From Lingula anatina (taxonomy: Eukaryota > Animalia > Brachiopoda): a DNA stretch of 64,000 bases. The DNA is taken from NCBI GenBank assembly GCA_051362555.1, contig CM120643.1, positions 22,944,848 through 23,008,847 on the forward strand, in the 5' to 3' direction. The notes beneath the pieces were generated by a model. It was not told the origin of the DNA and did no database searches. It saw only the letters and a list, made by a program, of their open reading frames with translations. Made by a program: the position numbers and the translations under genes. Positions 1 through 14,200 of this stretch are shown here, one piece after another (position 1 is the stretch's first letter; each line of letters starts with the position of its first letter).

Positions 1-1070
1 TAACAATAATAAACAAATGTTTTATGACGCCGTAAATAATAAATCTGACTCTAAGTTTATGTCTACTAGAATTATTGTACGAAGGATGTAAGGATTTGTG
101 TCTATGGCGTTGTCTTAAAGGTCTCAAGCAGAATGTAACATGCAATTTAGTACCAGTATATAAAATAGTGAGCATGAATAATTTACTCTTAAGTTAACAT
201 TTCCTGGGTCAGTAACACTGGTCACTTTTAATAACAGTATTGTGCCAGCTTGCAAAATATTAAGTAACTCAATTTTGACTTCATTGATCAAGGGTATCCA
301 ACATGCCATGAAGGTCGCCAGGAAACCTGAATATTTGTAACAATCTTTGAAGTCAGATGTAGATATTTTAGTCTAAATGATCATCCTTCAGTACCACCTA
401 CAGTTTGATCCAACATATGTTTGTCCCTAGGTTCCACTCATTTCTTTCCATCTGTGATCTTCTTACCCAGCACATATTGTTGAAGATCCTTGATTTTAGC
501 ATTAGAGACAGATTTTATGAAAGTATGTGTACTTATTCAAAACAAACTTGCCTGTTTAAGACACTGACAGCTTTGTTGTGCAGCTTGCTCATAATTGTGA
601 TGGCTGCCTTTTTGACCTAAGCATATTCAGTAACTAAAAAAACAAAACAAAACAAAACCCCTTGACTGGGACTAAATTTATTCATTTCTGTATTCGATTA
701 TTGCTATATTTTTTTGACAGTGTTAAAACCATCAATTTGAATTAATATTCACACTTTGATCCCAAGCTTGATAATGAAAAAGTTCTCTTAAAGTCCCATG
801 TGACCTCAAAAGTGTTGATTAAAGCAATGCTTATTTATGGAAGGTGATAAATGAGAATCAATAATTCACTATGTAATATGGCTCTGGGTAGGTAGTAACT
901 CAATTTGCATGGATCAGCTTGGTGGATGCTAAAGGCAGCAGATTGCTAAGGTATTAACAGAGGTTAACATTCTTCATTTAAGGAGGAAAGGAGGAAGTGT
1001 GTCTACTGCTATAACTGAGTTGAATTTTTTTGACTTTCTTTTTCTTTTACAACAGAACAGGCCAGAAGCT

Positions 1071-4000
1071 ATGCAGTCCTATGATGAAGATCTCTTTGAG
1101 AACAAGTTCTTTGTTAACTTGCAGTCGAAATATGCAGAAATCTACAACTTTGCTGCTGACAACAGATATATGGTACAGTACCTCATTCTCTCTCTCTCTA
1201 AAATTTTAAAAGGTTTAATAAAATTCACATAGTGTTTATGTTATAAAGTGATATGAAAATTACATTTCTTTTTCTTTTCTTATTTTTCTTTTTACAGATC
1301 TGTGTCCCCAGAACAGGTCACAGCTCCTCTAAATATCTTTATACTGAAGAGGACTACAGAAACCATATCCTGATCCCAGTGGATGACACTCCAGGGACGT
1401 TCAAGACAGCCAATGATAAGGTATCTAGAGTAAGCTAAAAAGGATAGTATATAACAAATGTCATAAGTAAATTCTAATAATCCTAAAGAAAGTGAAAATA
1501 CACACATATGCCTGTACACACAAAAAATGTGTCTGTGTGCTTGCACGCATGTTCACACACATATGGGAACATGCATGCATGCACATACACACTCTCTTGC
1601 ACACCTACACGCATGCATACACAAACACACACATATATCTTGATCTAGAACTAAAAAAAAAAAAAAAAAAAAAACGAAAATTTCCAGCACTTACTAGGTA
1701 TTTCCCAAAACAGTATTCCCTAATTTAAATTTTCAATACTGTAACCTGTTTATATGTCTAATGACTTCATGTTAAATGCCTAAGTACCAGTGATTTCTCA
1801 GTTGGTTTATCTGTTCAGGAGGTGACAATCCAGAGTGGGGTCATCACAACAGGTCATGGGTTCAAGGATGTTAGAAATGTGAGTAATGCATACACTACGT
1901 AGGGCAGAATTGATATCCTGCACATCTCTTTCTGTCATATCATATGTATAAAGAGAAGTACTAAGTATATATTGTTTTTACTTTTATCTGAGTATATAAA
2001 AAGAGAAAGAATTTTCTCTTGGATATAGAATGTTATTGTTTTATCTATGGTAAACAAAATTTGTTAAGCTAGAAATGTTTGCATATGAGATACAACATAA
2101 GATAGTACAATATAGAGGTATTCATTCTAGGGCTGAAATTTTATTAACATTTATAACAGAGTCATCTTTTTTTTCTAAATGCTGAGTTTTCTGCAAAAAT
2201 TGCTTTTAGAAGTATACTGGCTAAAATGTTGAGTGTGCCCCAAAGTTGTGAACAGTCTATACTGTCAGTGCCTCAGTGAAAATGTCATTACATTCATTTA
2301 TGATTGTTATTTTTCATTTGCAGTAAGTTTTTGTTTATTGTTTGTTATTTTTAGGCCCATATTTTGTTTGAAGAAACCTACTTCAATGATCATGATGAGA
2401 GTTTCAGGGTGCTGTGCATAGATATAGCCTTAGAGGGAGGGAACGGTAAGAATACTGTAGTACAAGTTATCTTTAAGCACAGAAAACAATTGGAAATTAT
2501 TTTTAGGCACAGAGGTCTGCAAATTAAACATGTTGTTCAGCAAAATGTACTAATATTGTTAGCAAGGTGTAGGAAAGGTTATTTGATTTTTTTCATTTTT
2601 TACTCCTTTTTTTCTTTCTTTCTTCTTCTTATTATTTTATTTTTTTTGTTTTAATTAAAATTATACAGTTGTTAGACAAACTCAATGATAGGCTGACCTT
2701 ACTCTAAATAAATTAGTCTCCTGAAGATCAGTCTATACTTTTTGGGATACTGTAAAGAGTATTAAGTAATGTATAAGAAATTAAATTATGAAACTTAATG
2801 GACCAGCTTATATCTGTTCAGTAGTTATGATATCTAGTTGCTTAATATTTAATTTCAGCCAAACCAAAGGGAACAAATTCAAAATTTGGTGAGATTTGCT
2901 TTCTGGAAAAGAAAACAGCATATGCAATAACTTGTATCGTGCAGAATCAACGTATACTTCTGTATTATGCAGGAGTATAATTTGCAACAGCTAATTTAGC
3001 CGTTATTAATTTTATTATCCTCTTTCAAGAAGAAAGCCTTCATCCATATTGATCTGTTGCATATGTCCTCTGCTATTTCTCTGAATATCTTATTTCCATA
3101 CACCGTCTCAATTCTATCAGGTTAAGGCACAGCATAGAAAACCACCTTGAATTTTGAAAGGTGTGGAGAGGATTATATATGAAAAAACAAATAGTAGACA
3201 CTGTTGAATTCTTAAAACTATCAAAAAATGCAATTTACTTTTTTTTATCCCCCTCTCCCACCCTGAGCTTCAGAGATAACTTGAAACTTACTTGTACACT
3301 TTACCATACTAGTAACTTGAAATGGCAAGGGTATGGTATAGTGTAGGGGTAAGTTTCAAGTTATCTCTGAAGCACAGGGTGCCCTCCCCCAGACCCGAAA
3401 ACAGATTATAAAAACATGTTAAATATTTGAATAGCTACAGTTTTATTCTATCAGTTTAAGTATTTATGAACATTAATTTGATTTCCAGACAATATTAAAA
3501 AGTAGATGTCTGTCACTGTGACGCTAACCCTTGAAGGCCATTGTAACCTGTTTCCAACCTCTTTCCTAAATCCTATACTCCAATACCATTATTTTTCACC
3601 CAAAAGTATGAATAAGGGATGATTTTGCATTTCTGCCAAGGACAAGTGTTTCAAACTCTGTGTAATACCTTGGACCAGTCATTATACATCAACCATGGGT
3701 CTAAGCTAATACACGCAGGAACAGGCATAAAAAAACAACATAATTATGTATGCATATTTTTTAAGCACTTTCACATACTTGCTTATAAAAGATATAATCT
3801 CCACATGTTAAGATTGGCATTTCTTTCTTCCTTTACTTTTCACAGGAACAGGTGTGATAGGAAAATTTGTATTACTTTACTTTTTAGTTGTCAGTGGTTT
3901 TAAAAGGAGGCCATTTTGTCTTCAAAGTATATATAATTAATTTATATGTACACTCTGAACTAGTCTATTTATTTTCAATAACTTATTGCTTAAGGGCTGG

Positions 4001-5182
4001 GACTTGCCTCTTTGTTAATTATTCTAGACTTGCATTCTTCAGGTGAGGTTTGAATTTATTTTTCACAGTTAAGTTATTTACAAATACCGGTATGTTCTGA
4101 CTGCTGCATGATGTAGGCAAAAATAACACTGTTAACCTTATATATGTCTGTAAGAAAAAGGCCTTGTAGTGATCCATATAAATTATGTAATTGTTTTTGT
4201 CAGGTTAAGTTGACATGCATTAATATGTATCAATATTTATGAATTGAAATTTAAAAAGTAAAAAATTCCATGAGCAACTGAATGAAAATATTTTTCTTTT
4301 ATTACAATAAATGTTTTTTATTTAACAATATTTCTGTTCTATAAATTTTTTATAATCTTCAATGTGAACCATCAAGTGCTCTAACTGTACTGTTACACAC
4401 ACCATGAAAATATAGACTAGGCTAGTGCAAACAAAAAATAATAAAATGAAATAAAAAGATTCCTTTATATCTCAGGAGAGTCAGTGCCAGATGTCCCTGT
4501 GGTGGTTCTCCAGACATTTGAAGACTGCCTAGAGCTGCTATGGGGCCACGCAGGTCAGGATTTGAACAGAGAACCAATTGAGGGATTTGATCCCATGACA
4601 TTCTTTATTTGTTTAAAATAGTTACATGTTCTCCATTTCAACATTCTTTCATTTTGAAACTTAGCTTTAAGTTGGTGATTTTATTAAAGAAAACAATAAA
4701 TGTTCATCTACCAGTATCTTTATGAGTTGCTTTTAAAGTTACTCTTAGACTAAGTAATTGTTATCATGATGATTGCATGCACTGGAATTAGGAGTAATTA
4801 AATAAAAGTGTAGATGATATGTTGTAAATACTGGATGTTAAAAGAAATTAATTTGGTTTTATTATTTTAGCCAACAACAAGACCCAGAAGCAGTTGGACC
4901 ATATTATCCAGTTGTTCAATGAATCCTATGACAGGCTAGATGGGAAATCCTTAGTCCACTATGTGGTAGGTGTGGCCCCCACTTTCTTTCAGTCTTGGAA
5001 TATTAAACTGAAATGAAATCGGCCTTGTTAAAATGGTGTGAAGTGGGGATATAGTGAACACACATTTACCTTTAAATAACATGGACTTACTTGAAAGGAT
5101 ATGTATGTACAAGTCACATGTTTACAGGCATGCAGGTGTGTACACTGGCATGCACACTCACGCATGCATGCATGCACGCACA

Positions 5183-5216
<34 letters not shown>

Positions 5217-8200
5217 TATCAAAGTGATAGAATTATAACACTGTATATTGCAGGATGCTGCCAATGCCCTGTTCACCAGAGCTATGCAGACAGTTCTAAA
5301 GGACAACCACTTGGTAAGTTTGCTTGTGTCAGATCACAGATTTGAGCATTCTAGCTCTCCAACTCGTTTTCATCTAAGTTACAAGTTTTACAGTAATCCG
5401 GCAATTGACCATGTTATTATACCATTTTTAGGTAAAAAGAATCATAATGCCATCTTTATCTCCTTTCCTTTTTTCATGGGAGTAACCTTTGTCTGGTTGC
5501 ATCTTTTAGGGTCAATTTCTATCCAGAAATCCTATTGTTTAAATGTGTAATTCTTCATAGGTTCAGAAAACTGACAAATATATATTTTATAAACAGTAAA
5601 CAGGTTCTCTTTTGGAATGACATTGTTAATGTCTATGTGGTTTCTACACATTTCAGAAAAGAAGTGCCAGACATAACAAGGCCTATCTTGACTGTATCAA
5701 GGTAGCAGTAGAGGTATGTTGAAAAACTGGTCATAGAAATTATAATAGAAATATAATGTTTGATGATCAAAAATTACAATTGCTGTACAATTGCTGATCC
5801 AATTTTAAAAACACAAAATTAGATATAAAGGTCTTCTGAAAATATGAAGAAAAATAAGTATATAGGTATTGTATTTATGCACCTGGACATTAATCTGTTC
5901 TTATAATAATTTAATTTCCTTTTCTTTCAGACAAAGTTAATCTCTAACATTGCCAGTTCAACTTCCAGATTTTTATTTTCCACTAACAGTTTAAAGAATT
6001 TAAAGTTGCCTAAATGTTTACACATTAAGTTTGGATAGTTATTTTGTCACGAGACCAATGATACAGATCTCACTCACATTTCCCCCCTGTTTGTTTCCAG
6101 ACCTATGTGATGCATGGGATCTACAAGAAGATCTTCAAGGGGATATCTGTGTGCAGGGCCTCTGAGGACGCCAAGCTCAACAAGATCAACAGGAACCTGG
6201 CCGAGCTGCAGCTGAGGGATCTGGGAGTACGGGCAGAGTTTCGGTAGGGCACTGTCATTGTCAAATGGGAAAGAATAAGCTAATTTTGTAAATAGCATTA
6301 TCTTGGAAGTTGTAATTATAGTAGCATTTATCATAATAGTCCACATGGTACATGCAATTACTAGTAGTTAATAAAAATACATTTAGTTATGTTACATGAA
6401 ATAGTAAAGGTGATGTACGGGTATTGATTAATATCAGCTTTATAGTTTCAAAGTGCAAACTTTTATGATACATAAACTCCTCAGTATTTGTATATTTTGA
6501 TGATTTTTGGTAATGAAATATATGTAATAAGATAATAAATGATAAGAATTTTTCTTTGGTGGTGCATGGTGAAAGAAATTAGACAGTCATTGTGTTGTTG
6601 TTCCAGTGAAAACATTCCAAAAGCCAAGAAGGAGCTGCAGACATTGAACAGGTACAGCACCCCTCTTGGCAAACTGAACTGTATCAAGAAGGTGGTCACC
6701 ATATTGATGCAGCCTCCCAGGAGATGGCATACAAAACAGACACAGGGTAAGCTTATGGGTGGTTATTGATATGCAGGGTGGTCCATAAAAAAAGACCTAT
6801 TTTGAATGGAGATGAAAAGAATAACCTAAGATTACATAGAGGTTGCTTTCCAATCTTTGTGGTTGAGAGTGTGTGTGTGTGCATACGTGCGTGTGTGCGT
6901 GCGCGTGCATTAAATAACATAAATGACCAATAGACTTTATACTAACAACTATTAAAAAGAAAAATATTATAGTTTGCTGCAAACATTGTGTGAAAAAAGT
7001 ATTCTCCAGTTTTGTCAATTCTAATTTGGCACTCATCAGTATGTGTTTTTACTATGGTGTTATACTTGAAGTTAACATGAAAGCAAATGTCCATTATTGA
7101 CCTTCCAGAAGAACAGTCTGCCCTACTGACCACAGATGACCTCTTGCCTATTCTGGTCTTCCTGGTGGTCAAGTCGGAGATTCCTAACTGGTACATCTGC
7201 TCTTTATATTCCTTTATTTAATAATAAGTAATAATGTGTTCAGCTGAAATATATGAAATGTGGATTAGAAATTGCTTTCTGCCATGAGCTTTTACCATCT
7301 TAGATCAGAGCATTTTAAAGATGTAAATATCATGGTAAATTACTTATGTGCATGAATTATGAATTTGAATTAAATTTTGAAACTGCAAATGGGACTTAAC
7401 TCCTTTAATGATAAATATAGTGGAAGAGCAAACAAAATGTTTGACATTTATTTGGATGGAAATAGAGTTCTGTAAAAAGAAATAAAACTAATTTGACAGG
7501 CTTTCTCTCATGACTATTTTCAATATTCTCAATTGTTTATTTTATTTTTTCAGGTTTGCTCACCTTACTTATATGCTGAAATTTAGGTTTTCAAAAGCAA
7601 ATAATGATGATGAATATGGGTAAGTTTTCTTAATTACAGTATCTCTCCACCAGTCAGCAATGTTTCCTGCCCATTCTTTTAGTTTATGACAAGTAATTTT
7701 CAATTTAAACTTTCTGACTGACTGTTGCTGGTCAATCTGAACTGCCAATGTTCAAATTACTGGCATTACTTCCAAAATATTTGCCAAGTCTGGGCTAAAT
7801 AAATATCCTTGCACTGCATGTATTCCAGCTATACTAACAGTAATGTGAATAATTTGATATCCTTCCAGTTTCTATGCAGCTTCCACAGAGGCTGCTATAG
7901 AGCATGTGTACAGTGGCTCCCTCAGTAGCCTGCAGCTGGGGACAGCCAATCCTCAAGTAGGTATTTACAGTCAGTAACATAAAGTATATACTAAAGATAA
8001 AGTATCTAAAGCGCCTGGGATTTTTTATGTACAGACACAGATGTGTCTGTACATATTGCCATCACCTGCGTCTGTCGTCGCCGTCGATGTCGCCGTCGCC
8101 GTGCACTTTCATCGTTAACACGATAAGTGGAAGACAGTTTTACTTTTTGGCTGTATATTTACAGAACTGTTGAATATTCATAAAACGCAGGTCAAGTTCG

Positions 8201-11200
8201 AAAATCAGCATGTTTAGGCCATTATTGTAGAAGTTATGCTGTTTTTTCACTTTTCAGCATATATGCAACACTGTTAACACATTTTAAGGAAAACTGATAG
8301 GCCTGTTGTCATGAAACTCACAGGAGTAATCAATCTCACTAAAATGCAGGTCAAGTTCGAAAATCAGCATTATCGGGCCATTATTTTAGAAGTTCTGCTG
8401 TTTTTTTCACATTTCCTCAAATTCAATTCTTAGGCATGTTAATAGTCTCATTATTTAACTAATAAAATACGTAAAGGTGTTTGTTTCACATTTCCTGCAT
8501 CTTCACAACATTGTTAGTTGATTATGTAAAAATGATGGTAAACTTTTTATCGTGTTTTGTGTAATAAAATGTCAAAAATGGAAATAAACTCATATTATTG
8601 CAGTTTGTCAGATTCAATCATCCACTATGTTCAGAATCTCAGAATAGAGGAAATTGGACATTTAACACTGTTGTATTGATATTTTCCCCATCTCATCAAT
8701 TTTCTTAGTTGATCATATAAAAATGGCAGGAAACTGTTAATTTTGTTTTATGTTAAAAAAGTGTTAAAGATGGAAAAAACCCATTTCAGAACAGTGCTGT
8801 CTTGTTTACTTTTTGGCATTTTCAAGATGTGACTTTGAAGTTCCATGGTCCTGAAGACCTTTGCTAGTCACATTTTCTGAATATCCATGATACTAATATT
8901 TTATTATTAAAAATTGATGGTCATTATGCTGTTAAACATTATGTAATGTTGCATCAAAATTTGAAGAAACCCCAATTTTGGGTACTGCTCCCATGATGAC
9001 CATTTAAGGAAAACCATGTCACTTACTGTTCTCAAACTTACAGGAAAGAAACATGGGACTAAAATCAACTTCAGTAGGCAATGCAGACTGTTTGGTAAAT
9101 TATTCTGGCAGTTAAACATTTTTTTGTAAAAAATTTAATTTTTCACATATTGGCATTTTCAAGGTGTGACTTAGAACCACCACAGGCTTAAAGACCCATG
9201 CTAGTCACATTTTCTGAAAATCCATGATACGTATATTTTATTATTAAAAATTGATGGTCATTATGCTGTTAAGCATTATATAATATTGCATCAAAATAGA
9301 AGAAAACACAATTTTGGGTGCTGCTGCCATGATGACCATTATGGGTAAACCATGTTACTTATGATTGTCAAACTTTCAAAAAAGAAACACAGGACTAAAT
9401 TGCAGCCGAGTTGGAAAAGCAGTCTGATTTGCTTCTTTTTCTTGTAGTTACACATTTTAGTGAAATATTCATTTTTATCATGTTGGCATATTCATTGTGG
9501 GACTCAGAGCTCCCATGGACATAAAGCCGAATGGTAACCAAATTTTCTCATGTCCATGCTATTTATAGTCAATAATTGGTGATAATTATTCTGTAATTGA
9601 TTATGTAATGTTACATCAAAATTGACAAAAATGTACTGCTACTACAAACATGAAAAGAAAACTGTGTTACTTATTATTATTATTTTTAACTTACAAGTAT
9701 TATTTGTAGGATTGGCATGCAGTTCAAATTAGAAAGCCAGCTCAATTGGGTTATCATTTATTATTGAATTTATGCAATTTTGTGTAAAATTTTCATTTTT
9801 CTTATTCTGGCACTTTCAAAGTGTGAACTCTCATGGGCCTGAAGCCTTATGCTTGTTTCACATTTTACTAACGTTGGTATTACCTGTTGAGCATAACTAA
9901 AATTTGATGTTGAATTTGCAGGTAAGCATACTGTACTTTTGTATCAGAATTGACAGTAGCCTATTTTTGTGCATTGTTTTCTGCTTTTTGTCTGTACATT
10001 TGACAGCTTTGCTGCCTTGTTTATGGTTATGTATGAATAATGAAAATTACTAAAGTAAAGCTCTCTTCTTCAATGTTTTACCTCAAATTCCAGAGGAAAA
10101 CCTTCCATTAAAATTGTAACAGTTGCAGGTTGATTGCATCCTTCATTGCAGGGGTTGATATTCATCTCTCTTGCTAGGTACCAGCAGCTGTGTTAAGATT
10201 TTCTCTTTTAAAGCTTTTAAATGAGAGATAAGAGCAGGTCCAGTTGGGCATTTATTTCAAGGAAATTTGTTGTTTTTCAGCCATTGGTTTTAGCCAGAAG
10301 TCAGTTACAGGGTGGCAGTGGTAGTTCCTCTGCTGACAGTGCAGATTCCATGATAGGAAAGCTATTTCAGGTGGGCTAAGGCTAAGTCCTGTTTTCAGTA
10401 AATTTTTGTCTATGAGACATTGTTGATAAAATGTAAGCCAGGAAGAAGAAATTAAGACTGAAAATGATAAACCCATTGAACACATTCCATTATTGAACAA
10501 CAATAGAACAACATCTGCAGGGGTGGATTTAGGCCGTCTTCTGGGTCTTCCAGAAGACGGTCAGATTTTAAAGTTTATATTGACGGGTATCCATTATTTT
10601 CTGTTGGAAGACGGTCAAAAATTGAAGACATATTAACAAAGATAATTTGGAAGACTGTCAGAAAATATCTCTGGATCCGCCCCTGATCTGCATGTAGATG
10701 CTATGTTTAAAGATTTAAGTTGACTGCTTACTCAGTCTTATGTTATTTATGTTGCCTTCAGTGATTTTCATCAATCTTCATAGAATTCATAATGTTCAAT
10801 TGTTGTAATATGCCTATGAAATTATTCATTCACAAAAACGATTTGATTCCAGTATGTGAGAGATGGAAAGACACAGGAGGTGGAGAAGATGTTGAACAAG
10901 AAGGAGGTCCTGTTAGAGGAGGCCAAGCAGCAGATGTGTCACCCTCTCTGCTCATGTGACAGGTGTGAGCAGGTGCTGGCCAGGAGCAGGAATGACGCCT
11001 CTGCTGTCACAGCTTATTCCAGAGATGACAGGGGATTCACAGGTACTTCTAGTTTACTGACACACTCATTTTCTGTTCAGAAAAAAACCCTTTGCCTTGA
11101 TGAATGCTAAAATGGGTATGAATGGGTACTTGCCTTAAGATGAAGTGATTCAACTATTGACATGGGTAAGCTTGGCATGCCTGACACCAGGGGGCTGCAC

Positions 11201-14200
11201 CTGCATATGTATGTAGTAAGATGAAGTTATTATTTTGACCTTATCATGACCTTGGTCTTTTCATGACCTCAACCTTTCCCCTTCAGCTCTCCATGTGTCT
11301 GCCCTGTGTGGAAATGTCCATGTGATGAATGCTCTGATACACAGGGGAGGGGTGGTCAACGCCACAGACTACCATGGCTCTACCCCACTTCATATAGCTT
11401 GTCAGCGTGGACATCAGAAAGTTGTGGTAAGTTGGTCAATGAAAATCTATATTACATTTGGACAGACTAGGTAGTATTGGGTAGAAAATAAGATGCTCAT
11501 TACTTTGACTCATTTATCAGGCCAATAGGAAAAATTTGGAATTTTTGCAAGCTTTTACCACTGCATTTCACAAGTTGAATTCTGAGAGTTTATGTGATAC
11601 TGGTTCACATTAATTACCCTGTGTGTTGGAACAACTTATGTATAGTATTGTGTATTTAAAAAAAATTGTTGGTAATAAAAATCTGATATTTAGAGTTACG
11701 AAGCAATATTCCCCATATTGTCTTTATCTCATCCAACATAGCTGGTGGTATGTGGTTAGGAGACAACCCCAACCTCTCTGACCTTAAAAATATGAAACTA
11801 TATACTCATAGTTGTTGTATTGATTGCAAAATAGACTTATATAAATGTCACAGTAATGTATTATCTATATTTTATTAACAGTTATTACTGCTGGATCAGG
11901 GAGCCAACTTTAATGCTGCTGACAATGACGGCAACACTCCTCTCCATCTTTGTGCTGCTAATGGACACGAAGAGGTTGATAATATTTTTATTTGTCCTTT
12001 TTTAACTTATCGCCATGTAGTTAATCTGTTTGTTTTTAAAGATTATTAGATATATTAGTTTGTATATTTCAATTAATTTGATTATGCTTCTAGTTAATCT
12101 TACATAGCCAAGGTTTATAGAGAGGTTTTTACAAGTCCAGCATTAAGATTAAATGATTTGAAATGGTATTGAAAGAAATATCTGTATGGCTTGTTGAAAT
12201 CATTAAAATTATGAACTAAGATTGATCAAGGGGCATGTTTGCGTTAACCCAGATTTCACTTTAACTAATTGCTGTAATTTTTTATCTCTTTGCACAATTT
12301 ATCTTAAAGTTTCTAAATGTTTGTTTGTTTGTTTGTTTGTTTTTAGTGTGTGAAGGCAGTCATTTTCATGGGTCGAAGTAAAGGCCTGGATCTGAATGCT
12401 GGGAATGACTGGGGAGAGACGCCATTACATCTGGCTTCCAAGTGGGGTTATGGTAAGTACTTTAACAAGTCACCAGTCTGCACCAAAAACATTTTTAGCT
12501 TACTGCCCCTTTTGGGCCTAAGCAGAAATGGTGATTGTGGCTAGTAACTTGTTACTGAACATATTTACAAAATGTTTACGAGCCAGGTTTCCATTTTGCT
12601 GATATTTGATGTGGGGCTAGTGCTTATACTCAGACTTAGTAATGTACTTTAAATAAAAAATAATGGTGTACATGTGCATATGTTTACAATTAAGGGTATT
12701 TTAGTATATTTGATACCTGATAAGATTTTATGTCTTTTAGAACTTTATTGCAAATCTCTGGGAATGATGCATTTTTGAAATATGTTACCATTTAACCAAA
12801 TCTCATTAAATTTGCTTCAGTGGAAAGCAATTGCAAAAAGTATCTTCAGTCTCTCACTTTAAAGGAAGATAGGTAGCCATAAACAATGATATCTTAGTAT
12901 TTACTTATAACATTCTAAAAATATAAAACATTTCTTCCCAGAGGGCATAGTGAAGATTTTACTGGAAAATGAGGCGTTGCCCACTGTGACCAATCGTAAA
13001 CACCTCAGCCCGTTGCAGTGCTCTTCTAATGTGCGCGTGTCCCAGATGCTCTCAGAAGCCATAGAGGAAAACTCTTCCATGCGAACTTTTGAGACTGTTG
13101 ATACCATGCTAGAGTCTATAGAATCAGTCAGTGATATGGTATGTATTGTCTGGTTGTTTTCATATTAATTAATTTTTTGTTTTTTTGTTTTTTTTTCAGT
13201 TTTTTTTTTAATCAAGTTTATGCTGAAATATGTTTATTATTGACTGATAATTTAAAAGTAATAGATGCTAATTGCTTGAATACCAGAATTATAACGCAAT
13301 TCTAATTTTAAAAAAAATACAACATTTTATATCAAAACAAATGGTAAAATCAAACTACTTCTTGAAAAGCACTTTGCTCTTGCAGTTTTAAGTATTATTT
13401 TTGCAAGAATGTGCTTAGATAAGATGTCCAAAATCTGGCACATCATTTCCATGAGTAAAGATGTCCCAAATTTAAGCCGTCTTGGATCTTGGACACCTTT
13501 ACTCAATGATGTTCACTCATTTATAGGATTCCCTGGGACCAAGAAAACACAGCTTCAAGAAGCAATTTGAATCAGGCCCAGGACTTGGCAGACATTTTAA
13601 CAGCCAGGAACCCAGTCTGCCCATCAAGGTGGTCAGCCAGTCCCTGGTGGACAAGAAAGATTATAAGAAAATTGATAAATTGTTGAAAACGGTTGCCAGG
13701 AATGACATTGAGATGGTACGCTGTTTTTTGTCTGTAATAACAGGAGAGAATTTTTGTGACAATACACAATTTTTTCCTCAGTTAAAGTTATTATTTATAT
13801 ATATTATATGACATAATCATGCAGGTACTTTTCTTTTCAGCCTGCTGTTCCTGTTATTTTTTACTTGAACAGGCAGTTTAAATTTGTAATTGTAATTTTT
13901 ACCATCGGAGCAGGGTCATGTTGCCTTAGTCAAAGCTGTCTCTGGAACATTACATGTGTTTCTTGTTACCGAGATAATTTGCATACATTGTAAAGAATAA
14001 AAAAAATTATATTCTCTTACTGAACACCCTTGTACTGATGGTATGAGCTTCCAACATTTGTTATATTTTTAAGGTTTATATATTGATGAAGTTTTGGGGA
14101 TACCATCTGTGTGTAAGTCTCCTGTCTGAGAATTAATTTTCATTCTTTATTTGACTGAAACATGAATGGATCAGTTTGTTCACATTGCAGTAATCCAGTC

